Assembly: GCA_014729085.1 (NCBI GenBank)
Contig: WJKM01000004.1
Location: 68,345-132,344 of the forward strand
DNA: 64,000 bases
Reading direction: 5' to 3'
DNA from: Candidatus Dojkabacteria bacterium
Lineage (GTDB): Bacteria; Patescibacteriota; Dojkabacteria; B142; WJKM01
The position numbers were made by a program, and so were the translations under genes. Below, one piece after another: positions 30,155-39,296 of the stretch (the stretch's first letter is position 1; each line of letters begins with the position of its first letter). The notes under the pieces were generated by a model. It worked only from the letters and a program-made list of their open reading frames with translations, did no database searches and was not told where the DNA came from.

Positions 30155-31033
30155 ATGAATCAAATTTATATAGCTATAATTTTTGGGGTTGTATGTATGA
30201 TTGGCTGGGGTGTAACTGACATTTTCAATAAAAACGTTATAGACAAAATTGGTAGCTACAAAACTTCAGTTTATATTAATGGACTTGCAACGATAATGTC
30301 ATTCCCGATATTGCTTATTGATTGGTCCTTTCCAAAGCTAACGTTCTTAAATATAATCTACCTGTTAATATTCAGTTTCCTTGACTTTTTAGGATTTTAT
30401 TTTTTATATAAAGCTTATCAGCTTGGAAAGGTAAGTATATTAAATCCTATTACTTCAAGTTATGCAATACTCACCTCTTTTCTATCGTATATATTTTTTG
30501 CAGAAAATTTTCCTCCTCTTAAAATAGCAGCTGTTTTTGTGACTATCATTGGCATTTTATTAACTTCAGTAAATATAAACGATTTAAAAGATGGACTGCA
30601 AACTAAAGATCTTGTAAAAGGTGTACCACAGGCTATCATTGTATTCTGTATCTACGGAACAATTCTCCCATTTTGGGATAGATACCTAGACCAGGAAGGC
30701 TGGATCTGGATTTCAATACTGGCAAGATTCCTTACATTTATTTTTACATTAATTTTTGCTACTGTTATCAAAAAACAATCCATACAAATTCCATCCAAAG
30801 GTTTAATGAAACCACTTTTTTGGGGAGCCTTGTTCATTTCAATCGGAAATTGGGGCTTCAATCTTGGCTTAAAATATACAAATCAGACCAGCATCATTGC
30901 CGTTCTCGCTTCAGCATATCCACTAGTACTTCTTATTTGCGCCTATATTTTTCTAAAAGAAAGAATAGCAACAAATCAATATTTCGGTATTTTCCTGATA
31001 GTTGCTGGTATTGTTATTACTTCATATATATAA
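30155..31033 (+). CDS. EamA/DMT-family (drug/metabolite transporter) membrane protein
   Basis: 292 aa with about 10 TM helices arranged as two 5-TM halves. Confidence 0.5.
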   Translation: MNQIYIAIIFGVVCMIGWGVTDIFNKNVIDKIGSYKTSVYINGLATIMSFPILLIDWSFPKLTFLNIIYLLIFSFLDFLGFYFLYKAYQLGKVSILNPITSSYAILTSFLSYIFFAENFPPLKIAAVFVTIIGILLTSVNINDLKDGLQTKDLVKGVPQAIIVFCIYGTILPFWDRYLDQEGWIWISILARFLTFIFTLIFATVIKKQSIQIPSKGLMKPLFWGALFISIGNWGFNLGLKYTNQTSIIAVLASAYPLVLLICAYIFLKERIATNQYFGIFLIVAGIVITSYI

Positions 31034-31111
31034 TTTTTCCTTTAATAGAAATTTTAAATAGTAATTCATATTTATTATTATGTATATACATTTATCAACA
31101 AATTAATAGAT

Positions 31112-32017
31112 ATGATCAAACTTCAAAAAATTACACTCAAAGAATTGAATATCAAAAAAGAGAAGGCTGTTGCCCTCTTGAACCCATGTGTGGTTTGTCC
31201 TAGGGAATGCAGAGTTGATCGCATAAAAACACAAGAGGGGTATTGTAAAACTAAAAATAAACCCAAAATCCATTCAGCTCAACCTCATTTTGGTGAAGAA
31301 TCTTGTCTAGTGGGTATAAAAGGATCAGGAACAATCTTTTTCTCGAGTTGTAATCTATCCTGTGTTTATTGTCAAAATTGGAAAATCAGTCAGATGAAAA
31401 TGGGGGAAGAGATGGAAATATCTCAGCTTGCATCATTAATGCTATATCTTGAAGCTAAAGGTTGTTCAAACATAAATCTTGTATCTCCCTCTATTTGGGT
31501 TCCTCAGATAATCGAATCACTGATTTTAGCAAAAAAGAAAGGGCTGAATATTCCCCTTGTTTTTAATACCGGAGGCTATGATCGCCTCGAGACTCTAAAA
31601 TTATTAGATGGAATTATCGACATCTACTTACCAGATATTAAGTATTCTACAAATAAAATGAGTCAAAACTACTCAAATGTTTCTGACTATTGGGTGAGAG
31701 TTCAACGGGCTGTATGGGAAATGTACAAACAAGTCGGAGACTTGAAAATCAACAAAGAAGGGATAGCTGAGTCGGGACTTCTAGTAAGGCATCTAATTCT
31801 TCCAAATAGACTAGCTGGAACAGCAAAAGTAATGAAGTTTATTTCATCTGTATCAAAAAATTCATATATAAATATAATGGACCAATATCAACCTTGTTTT
31901 AAGAGTAGAAAATTTCCAGAACTCAATCGTAAAATAACAGACCAAGAATTTAAACAGGCAGTTGGAATTGCCAAAAATGAAGGACTGTATCGTTTTGAAC
32001 ATCTGCAAAGAAAATAA
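31112..32017 (+). CDS. radical SAM protein, PflX-like (COG1313, pyruvate-formate-lyase-activase-related)
   Basis: N-terminal CVVCPRECRVDR..GYC cysteine motif plus the radical-SAM cluster motif CNLSCVYCQNW. Confidence 0.65.
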   Translation: MIKLQKITLKELNIKKEKAVALLNPCVVCPRECRVDRIKTQEGYCKTKNKPKIHSAQPHFGEESCLVGIKGSGTIFFSSCNLSCVYCQNWKISQMKMGEEMEISQLASLMLYLEAKGCSNINLVSPSIWVPQIIESLILAKKKGLNIPLVFNTGGYDRLETLKLLDGIIDIYLPDIKYSTNKMSQNYSNVSDYWVRVQRAVWEMYKQVGDLKINKEGIAESGLLVRHLILPNRLAGTAKVMKFISSVSKNSYINIMDQYQPCFKSRKFPELNRKITDQEFKQAVGIAKNEGLYRFEHLQRK

Positions 32018-32021
32018 TTTT

Positions 32022-33509
32022 TTATTTTTTCTTCGCAAGGACTTTTCTTTCGATAAATATAAATATCAAAATAGAAGCTATACCTATCCAACCAATAAAA
32101 TCTCCAAATCTTGTATAAAAAGTCCCGCTTTGTGGAATACTGATTTTAGATATTACAACTTTTGTAACTGGGATTTTAGAAATATTTTTTTCTAAAATTT
32201 CACCGTATTCATTAATGATAACTGAATCATAACCTCCATCTGCTTTAATTATCGAAACTTTATTTTCCAATGCACGAAATACTGTATGCGCATAATGTCT
32301 GTCTGCAATCTCAGGCCAATCAAGTGAAGGGACTGCAAGTATTTGTGCACCGTTAGAAACTGCAAAACGCGTACTATCAGTAAAATCCTGATCATAACAA
32401 ATTATTACTCCTAATTTACCATATGGGGTATCTATAACTGGATAATTGCCTAATCCAGTATTCTTTTCCCCACCGAAAAGAACTGGATGTTGTTTTCCAT
32501 ATCTTCCAGAAAATTTACCATCTGGAGTTATAGTTACAGCTTCATTTCTCCAAGTACCATCCTCATTTGCGACAATATAACCAGTAGTTAAATAAATATT
32601 ATTCTTACTTGCCAAATCAGTGAGCATCTCTGTATCTTGAACTTGAGGATCAAAAGCTAATGCTCCTTCCGGCCATACTACAATTCTAGCGCCATTAGCT
32701 ACTGCCTTTTCAGTCAAATCTATGAGGGTATTAAGTATGTTTTCTTGAATTTCTGGGGTATCATCATACCCGCCATCTGAGGTTCTTCTATTTATACTCA
32801 CAGCAGCGACTTTCACTTCAGTTCGTTTTTGTTCTCTTGTCTGACTTAAAACAATACTTAATAATCCCCAACCTATTAAGACAAATCCAACAATTATTAA
32901 AGAATACTTTACAACAGACCAAGATCTACGAATCTCAGAAATTTCCTTTTTCCTGTTACAGTAATCATAAATCTTAATAGCTAACAATCCTAATGTAAAA
33001 TTAATTGAAATTATTAACAATCCAAGTCCCAAGATACCAAATATTGATACAGGAAGTATTAAGCCATTCTGTCTATATAAAGCATATGCTATAAAAGCCC
33101 AGGACCCCATTATTGGTATAAAAAGCCTTATCATTTCAACCGCAGTCCACGCAAGAGACTCTTTTACAACGAAATATTTATAATCTGTTTTTTCATGGAA
33201 CTCTACATTATTCTTCTCAGTTAGAAATACAACTAAAACTAGAATAATAGGTAGATAAATCATATAAGTGCCTGAGCTAGCAAAGATATCAATAAAAAAT
33301 ACACCTAACCAAACAGCATTGTATATAGCAGGAGCCAAACTCGAAAATTTCTTAGGCATAATTCGATACTGAGCTAAAATACTTGGAACTAAAGCTATGA
33401 ATATACAGTACCAATATTTGCCCGGAGGGAGGGAGATAATTAGCAAAATTGCAGATAGCAATGAAAATAAAATACCAATTAAAATTTTAGATATATTCTT
33501 ATTTAACAT
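32022..33509 (-). CDS. lnt: apolipoprotein N-acyltransferase
   Basis: 495 aa. About 7 N-terminal TM helices are followed by a carbon-nitrogen-hydrolase domain (VAAVSINRR..., VVWPEGA, GVIICYDQDF with the catalytic Cys). This is the typical Lnt architecture. Confidence 0.65.
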   Translation of the reverse strand: MLNKNISKILIGILFSLLSAILLIISLPPGKYWYCIFIALVPSILAQYRIMPKKFSSLAPAIYNAVWLGVFFIDIFASSGTYMIYLPIILVLVVFLTEKNNVEFHEKTDYKYFVVKESLAWTAVEMIRLFIPIMGSWAFIAYALYRQNGLILPVSIFGILGLGLLIISINFTLGLLAIKIYDYCNRKKEISEIRRSWSVVKYSLIIVGFVLIGWGLLSIVLSQTREQKRTEVKVAAVSINRRTSDGGYDDTPEIQENILNTLIDLTEKAVANGARIVVWPEGALAFDPQVQDTEMLTDLASKNNIYLTTGYIVANEDGTWRNEAVTITPDGKFSGRYGKQHPVLFGGEKNTGLGNYPVIDTPYGKLGVIICYDQDFTDSTRFAVSNGAQILAVPSLDWPEIADRHYAHTVFRALENKVSIIKADGGYDSVIINEYGEILEKNISKIPVTKVVISKISIPQSGTFYTRFGDFIGWIGIASILIFIFIERKVLAKKK

Positions 33510-33670
33510 ATAACTTGTACTTAATAAATAGTTGTCTATTATAACTAATATCTGAAATGACTTTAATTATTTTAAACAACAAAATAAATATAATAAATTT
33601 CATAAATATTGTTTTCCATATATAGTTATGATATAGTTCTAAAATACTTTTCTATATTAATAAAAAACAA

Positions 33671-34635
33671 ATGAAGGCATTGTTACTAGAAAATATACAT
33701 AAAATTGCTATTCAAAATTTACAAGAAAAAATTTTGAAGTTATTTCCAAAGACTGTGCATTTACAGAAAACAAACTCATTGAACAAATTAAAGATATAGA
33801 AATACTTGGTATTAAATCCCGAACTAAAATAACCAAAAAAGTCCTATCTCATGCTAAAAAACTTAAAGTTATTGGAACTTTTTCTGTAGGCACTAAACAT
33901 ATTGATATAGATTCATGTAGCAAATATAAAATCCCAGTCTTTAATGATCCACAAAGTAGTACTAGAAGTGTTGCAGAATTAGTAATTGGGAACATAATTG
34001 CTTTATCTAGGGGAATTTTTCATAAATCAAACGATGTACATAATGGGATCTGGGAAAAGAATTCTAAGAAATCCTATGAGATCAGTAATAAAATTCTAGG
34101 TATCATTGGTTATGGAAATATAGGATCTCAAGTTTCTCTGTTTGCTGAAAATCTTGGAATGAAAGTCCTTTTTTTTGATATTGAGGACAAAGATCCTGTT
34201 GGCAAAGCCACTAAATGTAACTCTATGAAGCAACTTCTAAAAATCGCAGATATTATTACAATACATGTCGATGGAAGAGAAGAAAACACAAATCTAATCG
34301 ACTTTGCAGAATTGGAACTGATGAAAAAAGGCGCAGTTCTTATTAATACAAGCAGAGGACATGTAGTAAACTTTCCTGCAGTACTAGACAATCTCAAATC
34401 CGAAAAATTACACAGTGGCGCATTTGATGTGCATCCAGACGAACCAAATTGCTATAAAGGTAAATATACTTCCGTACTTCAAAAACTTCCGAATGTAATT
34501 CTTACTCCTCATATAGGAGCTTATACTGAAGAAGCCCAATATAATGTTGGAAATTCTGTATCTAATAAAATAATCAGATATATTTCAAAAAATAATCCTG
34601 AAGATTGTGTTAATGAATCCGCATTACGTTACTAA
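33671..34635 (+). pseudogene. D-3-phosphoglycerate dehydrogenase-like (SerA-like) 2-hydroxyacid dehydrogenase, frameshifted
   Basis: Frame 1 from the ATG at 33671 gives MKALLLENIHKIAIQNLQEK and then hits a stop at 33797. A second frame, +2 relative to the first, continues from 33736 as EVISKDCAFTENKLIEQIKDIEILGIKSRTKITKKVLSHAKKLKVIGTFSVGTKHIDIDSCSKYKIPVFNDPQSSTRSVAELVIG..GIIGYGNIGSQV... into ORF 34159-34635 (SRGHVVNFPAVLDNLKSEKLHSGAFDVHPDEP). The similarity to E. coli SerA extends from the N-terminus. The shift lies in the run gaaaaaatttt (33725-33735). There is no ACT domain. Confidence 0.55.
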
Positions 34636-34719
34636 GCCTGATTATCAAAATCAAATATAGATGCTGTTTATCCAATTGTAATACTTTCTTAAAATCAATA
34701 TCTATTATTTAATATCAGA

Positions 34720-35475
34720 TTGAGCATATATATTAATGCTTGTATAATTAGTTTCACAATATCTTATATCCACGATTTTTGTATGAATAAAATTGGAAAA
34801 GGTCCTAATTTAATATTTTTCCATGGAGGCGGAGTACGTTACAACTCATATCTACCTTTAATGAAGGCCTTATCTTCACACTACACAGTATATTATTTTG
34901 ATCTACCTGGCCATGGATCCGAAATGACTAATGGGAATCCTATAGATGCGGTAAACAAGTTGACACAAAAAATTAAAAATTATTCAATTGGAAATCCAAT
35001 TCTTTTAGGCCATTCGTTTGGAGGTTTTTGTGCATATGAAGTCAGCAAAAATCTTGAAGATATCAACCAAGTAATACTTTTAAATCCATTACTCATTGAA
35101 TCCAAAAAAAACTTTCTTTATCTCCTGTTTAGGTTTCTTATTCTAAAAAATATTCGTTCAATAATAATGAAACCAATGATTATAAAATTTTATATAAAGG
35201 CTTTTATGGATATTTTGATTAATATATTTTCTCAAAATATAAATCTCGTAAATACAATTAAATTGCTACTCAACTCTACTTACTGTACTAAAACCCCTCT
35301 TAATCAATCTAATCCCAAAACTGTAATCTTACATGGAAAGCATGATTCAATTATTCCTTACAATAATTTTCAAGATGGCTTCAAAAAAATCACAAATCTG
35401 GTAGATGGAGAACATGATTGGTGCATGAATAATGTAGAAGATACTGTAAGAAAAATTTTAAAAGTTGCTACTTGA
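34720..35475 (+). CDS. alpha/beta-fold hydrolase
   Basis: LIFFHGGG oxyanion motif and the nucleophile elbow LGHSFGG. An alternative start is the ATG at 34783 (MNKIGKGPNLIFFHGGG). Confidence 0.6.
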   Translation: MSIYINACIISFTISYIHDFCMNKIGKGPNLIFFHGGGVRYNSYLPLMKALSSHYTVYYFDLPGHGSEMTNGNPIDAVNKLTQKIKNYSIGNPILLGHSFGGFCAYEVSKNLEDINQVILLNPLLIESKKNFLYLLFRFLILKNIRSIIMKPMIIKFYIKAFMDILINIFSQNINLVNTIKLLLNSTYCTKTPLNQSNPKTVILHGKHDSIIPYNNFQDGFKKITNLVDGEHDWCMNNVEDTVRKILKVAT

Positions 35476-35490
35476 ATGATTACTATGAAT

Positions 35491-35564
35491 TCAGGCCAGG
35501 CGGACTTGAACCGCCGCTCTCACGGCCCCCAGCCGTGCGTTTTAGCCAACTAAACTATGGCCTG
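35491..35564 (-). tRNA. tRNA-Pro (anticodon GGG)
   Basis: The revcomp folds as a cloverleaf. Acceptor CAGGCCA/TGGCCTG, D-stem GTTT/AAAC, anticodon stem CACGG/CCGTG with loop CTGGGGG, T-arm GGCGG-TTCAAGT-CCGCC, discriminator A. No encoded CCA. Confidence 0.8.
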
Positions 35565-35646
35565 AAATTTATTTGCTCTCTATAAATGAACAATAAAAAT
35601 AATATAAGTATTTTATAAAATCACAGAAAATTTGTATAGCTTGAAA

Positions 35647-36036
35647 TTAAGAGATCAAGGTATAAGCAATATAAATAACTTCTCCTATAATTGCCAAAAT
35701 AAAAACAATAGTCATTATCTTGGAAATTGGCAAGGTTTTCTTTTCACTCACTTGCTGTTGAGGCATTTGTTGTGGGGGTTGTACTACTGGAGGTTGTTGG
35801 ATTTGTACAGGAGGCTGATTTGGATTCTGAACAGGGACATTTGGAGTCTGTGGAACTGGATTAGGCTGTGTCTGAGTTTGAGGCTGCTGTTGTCCAGGTA
35901 CATTTCCTACTTGTGGTGAGGGAACCGCAGGCTGTGTCTGTTGATTCGGCTGCTGAGGTTGTCCTGATGAATTTGGTTGATTGGGTAGAGGAGGTAATCC
36001 TCCGGGATTATTTTGCTGTTGGGCAGGATTTTGCAT
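35647..36036 (-). CDS. proline/glutamine-rich low-complexity protein with C-terminal TM anchor
   Basis: 129 aa. It is about 75% P/Q/N/V repeats (QPQQPNQQTQPAVPSPQ...), with a hydrophobic tail TIVFILAIIGEVIYIAYTLIS. The upstream region and 5' end are duplicated at 37630-37823. Confidence 0.4.
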   Translation of the reverse strand: MQNPAQQQNNPGGLPPLPNQPNSSGQPQQPNQQTQPAVPSPQVGNVPGQQQPQTQTQPNPVPQTPNVPVQNPNQPPVQIQQPPVVQPPQQMPQQQVSEKKTLPISKIMTIVFILAIIGEVIYIAYTLIS

Positions 36037-36137
36037 ATCTTCAAAATTCTCAAATTAATCAGTTTATTATGCCTTCTTTAAGAAATGAGGTCAAGATAAA
36101 GTCAGTTGTCCGTCATACATTCAACCCCTGCTTGTTT
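35941..36137. repeat. ~195-bp direct repeat, copy 1 (copy 2 at 37630-37823)
   Basis: About 85-90% nt identity between the copies. Both copies contain a 3'-terminal gene fragment (..QAG.EC.TDN*), an intergenic leader, and the 5' end of the PQ-rich gene. The gene is intact here but stop-truncated in copy 2 (MQNPAQKQNNPGGFPPLPNQPNSSFQPQQPNQ*). Confidence 0.6.
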
Positions 36138-36186
36138 AAAATCGATGAAATGATAAAACTACAAAAGAGGGTCAATTAGAAATCTA

Positions 36187-37275
36187 CTATAATAACTCAA
36201 AATACCATACCTCCCCATGTTCTAATGATTTATATCTTAGATAAAAGTCTTCTAAATGTTTTTCTTGAGCTACTTTAAAAGTCAGTATATTATTACCATT
36301 ACTAAGATATAGAGTCTCATTTGTCGCCTCGAAATACTTCTTGCTATGCTTTTCTATTAAGGAAATATAATAAGTTTCCAATTTTTCATCATAATCATCA
36401 TCGTTCCTCTCTATATGTAAAGACACATCAATTTCCTTTTCTGCATTTTCGCTTTTAATCTCAGCATGATTAACTGACATTTTCCAATAAGCATCTGACT
36501 TCTCGTCATTTATTTTTACAATCTCAACATCCTGATCATCCTGGAAAAAATGATCTTTATTTTTATTAATTCTATACCTTAAAGGCTCAACAATTATTTC
36601 CCATACTAAGGCAGAAAAAATAAGCGTAAGTATCAAAATTATTAACAAGTAAAACGAATTAACGAAAATTTTATTGAAAAAATTCTTATAATTATCTTCT
36701 ACACCTTCCACTTTAATTCCCTGCAAAAGTTCTGCAGGATTATTTTCAAATTTTCGTTGGAGTTCATCACTATATCCCACAGAACTCCTCTCATTCAAAG
36801 ATCCAAATATGTCCATATACTTTGGTAAATCGTCTTCGTTGACTCGAATGGCGATTTTCCTGCCTTCTATAGTTCCAAGGACTATAAAATTGATAACAGC
36901 TCTTCTGAAGTTAGGATTCTTAACTGTACGCATCCAATAATTTGCGAGCCCAATTTTTCTATTATAAACCCATACTAAAGACCTTGGTTTATTTTTAATT
37001 CTATGGGTCAACCAAAAGTTTTTATAACTACGATATGTATAAACATCTCTTAATCTTAAAAAAAGATTTACAAAAAGAATAAGCAGACTTATTATCCCAA
37101 CTGCAAAAAATAATATATTTTCACTTTTAATAACATAAATATTTGAAAGAATTACTAGCAAAATTGATGAGATTATAATTAATATAGATTTAACAGCTTG
37201 GTTTTTCTCCTGCTGAATAAACCTTTGTAAAAATAATAATGCTTCTTCTTTTTTTGTTAGCTGTCTATTACTCAT
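36187..37275 (-). CDS. hypothetical membrane protein, flanked by the ~195-bp direct repeats
   Basis: 362 aa with two N-terminal TM helices and another near residue 200. No motifs recognised. Confidence 0.4.
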   Translation of the reverse strand: MSNRQLTKKEEALLFLQRFIQQEKNQAVKSILIIISSILLVILSNIYVIKSENILFFAVGIISLLILFVNLFLRLRDVYTYRSYKNFWLTHRIKNKPRSLVWVYNRKIGLANYWMRTVKNPNFRRAVINFIVLGTIEGRKIAIRVNEDDLPKYMDIFGSLNERSSVGYSDELQRKFENNPAELLQGIKVEGVEDNYKNFFNKIFVNSFYLLIILILTLIFSALVWEIIVEPLRYRINKNKDHFFQDDQDVEIVKINDEKSDAYWKMSVNHAEIKSENAEKEIDVSLHIERNDDDYDEKLETYYISLIEKHSKKYFEATNETLYLSNGNNILTFKVAQEKHLEDFYLRYKSLEHGEVWYFELL

Positions 37276-37629
37276 ATTTTCCAGAAGTAAATCTAAAGAA
37301 TTATATCCTAAATTTTCAGAATCAAATTATCAACTTTTTAGTAAGATATTAAATTTCTGTCTCTTGTAACTGAACTTATTGTATGTTGATTTTGTATTAT
37401 AATTTTTGACAATAGTAATTTCGCATCCTTATACAATCAATCCTATATCAAATTTACAATTTATTCCACTTTTTTTTGGTGGAACCTCAAATCATGATAG
37501 TTTTAAGACAATTAAACTCAAACGAATCTTTTAAAACTTGGTAGAATTTTAAGATTACCAACCTAAATTTAGAAGAATTCCTTTTTTTTTATAATTAAAA
37601 TAGCCGAAGGAACTGTAGGTTGTACTTAC

Positions 37630-37823
37630 TGATTCGGTTGCTGAGGTTGAAATGATGAATTTGGTTGATTGGGTAGAGGAGGGAATCCTCCGGGATTGTT
37701 TTGCTTTTGGGCAGGATTCTGCATATCTTCAAGTTATTCAATCATTTTATTATGCCTTCTTTAGGAAATGAAGCCAAGATAAAGTCAGTTGTCCGTCACA
37801 CATTCAAGCCCTGCTTGGTCTAA
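37630..37823. repeat. ~195-bp direct repeat, copy 2
   Basis: See copy 1. This copy overlaps the true 3' end of gene 37785-39047 and carries a truncated 5' pseudo-copy of the PQ-rich gene. Confidence 0.6.
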
Positions 37824-39047
37824 ATAGCCAATATAATTTTGAAATAAAGGATCTGGAAAATCTACTCCATGTTTTCTTCGTAAATCATTGTAATAACCTC
37901 CTTCTTCAAAAAGTTTAGACATTTGCTCACAATCAGATTGATAAACCATCATTGGTAACTCTTGACCGTCCAACATAGCTTCTGTATACGATACTACATA
38001 AGGAAGACTTAAACTATCTGTCATAAGATTTCTCTTTGCATTATAATAAGCAGCTTCACTAACGTCGCTGTAGTCAGAATCAAAATTTCTCATATCATAA
38101 ATTCCATTATCTGTTTCTATAATGTAATCACCATCATCTATCAATTCTTGAAAATAAAGATCTACAACTTCACGAACAAGATTTTCTTTAGCCTCGTAAT
38201 CATAAGCTGCTGGTTCTTCAATATCATACTCATCCATTATTCTTTGAACTTCATTCTCCAAAAGACGGTTTTCTATAAGTTCTTCATATAATACCCCCGA
38301 ACGAGCAATACTTGCTAATTCTGGGACTGTCAAATCTTGAATATCTTCAAATGATATTCCTCTTACTTGCCATAGATTACCTAAATTAGAAACATTAAAA
38401 TTCATTGCCTCATCTGGAAAACTATATCCTATTCGACCTAGGTCATCAGTAACTCTAGGCCCGTATTTGAGCATAGTAAAAATGAACATATCTCGATCAC
38501 TTCCTGAAATATCAAAAACAATTTCGGGTTGTATAATATCAAATCCTTCTGCCTCAAGTAATTGACACCAATTGCATCCGGTTCTATACTGACCTTCAGT
38601 AAAATTCATGAAAATATGATCAAAATCATATTCAACTCCTGATTCTTCTTCAAATATATTAAGTCGAGTACGTAAAGCTTCTGGAGCAAGCATGAAATCC
38701 GCTTCATGTGGATTATTTACATGCCCATAAATTGTCCTTTCTCCAAAAGGAAATTCAAAATGTGCCTGAGGTGATCCTACATCTTGATTTGTGTTACTCA
38801 AATCAAAGGAAGTATATTCTCCCTCTAATTCCAAAAATCCTAGCTCTGGAAGACGATCTAAATTACCATCTCCATTAAAATCCAAATCAAACAAATCTGG
38901 AATACCATCTCCATCCATATCTGGATTTGAAGCTTCTACCGTAGACGTAGGTACAGGAGTAGCTGTAGGATCAATTCCATCAGGATCTGGTACCGGTGTT
39001 TCGCTTGGGTCTACTTCTGTATTAACTGCACCTCCACAACCTGTCAT
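37785..39047 (-). CDS. hypothetical secreted (possibly lipo-)protein with Asp-rich Ca-binding-like N-terminal region
   Basis: N-terminal DMDGDGIPDLFDLDFNGDGNLD. The in-frame upstream sequence encodes KRYGPLLLAVTLMTGC, which is signal-peptide plus lipobox-like, but there is no canonical start codon upstream (see findings). Confidence 0.45.
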   Translation of the reverse strand: MTGCGGAVNTEVDPSETPVPDPDGIDPTATPVPTSTVEASNPDMDGDGIPDLFDLDFNGDGNLDRLPELGFLELEGEYTSFDLSNTNQDVGSPQAHFEFPFGERTIYGHVNNPHEADFMLAPEALRTRLNIFEEESGVEYDFDHIFMNFTEGQYRTGCNWCQLLEAEGFDIIQPEIVFDISGSDRDMFIFTMLKYGPRVTDDLGRIGYSFPDEAMNFNVSNLGNLWQVRGISFEDIQDLTVPELASIARSGVLYEELIENRLLENEVQRIMDEYDIEEPAAYDYEAKENLVREVVDLYFQELIDDGDYIIETDNGIYDMRNFDSDYSDVSEAAYYNAKRNLMTDSLSLPYVVSYTEAMLDGQELPMMVYQSDCEQMSKLFEEGGYYNDLRRKHGVDFPDPLFQNYIGYLDQAGLECVTDN

Positions 39048-39296
39048 TAAAGTGACAGCTAGTAATAGTGGGCCATAACGTTTTAAAAAATTCTCTTATT
39101 CCATAACGAACATTATAAGAAAAAATTTTATCCCGATTATATCAACTCATAGTGTAAGTTTCTAGTATTTTATCTGATTTTTATATGTAGTGAAGAATCT
39201 ATAACGCGTACCAAACAGTTTATGCTAATTAATCCTCAAGGAAGATTTAACCAAGCAAATTATGGCACTGTATATGCAGAAAAATGAATGTTTTAA

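Noticed and set aside
30820-31203. 127-aa ORF overlapping the end of the DMT gene and the start of the radical SAM gene
   Set aside because: It is out of frame with both supported genes and has a low-complexity sequence.
31962-32195. 77-aa + ORF and the 31888-32091 minus ORF
   Set aside because: They overlap the 3' end of the radical SAM gene and the 3' end of lnt. No support.
35868-36179. 103-aa + strand ORF
   Set aside because: It lies antisense to the PQ-rich gene and within the ~195-bp repeat. It is a shadow ORF.
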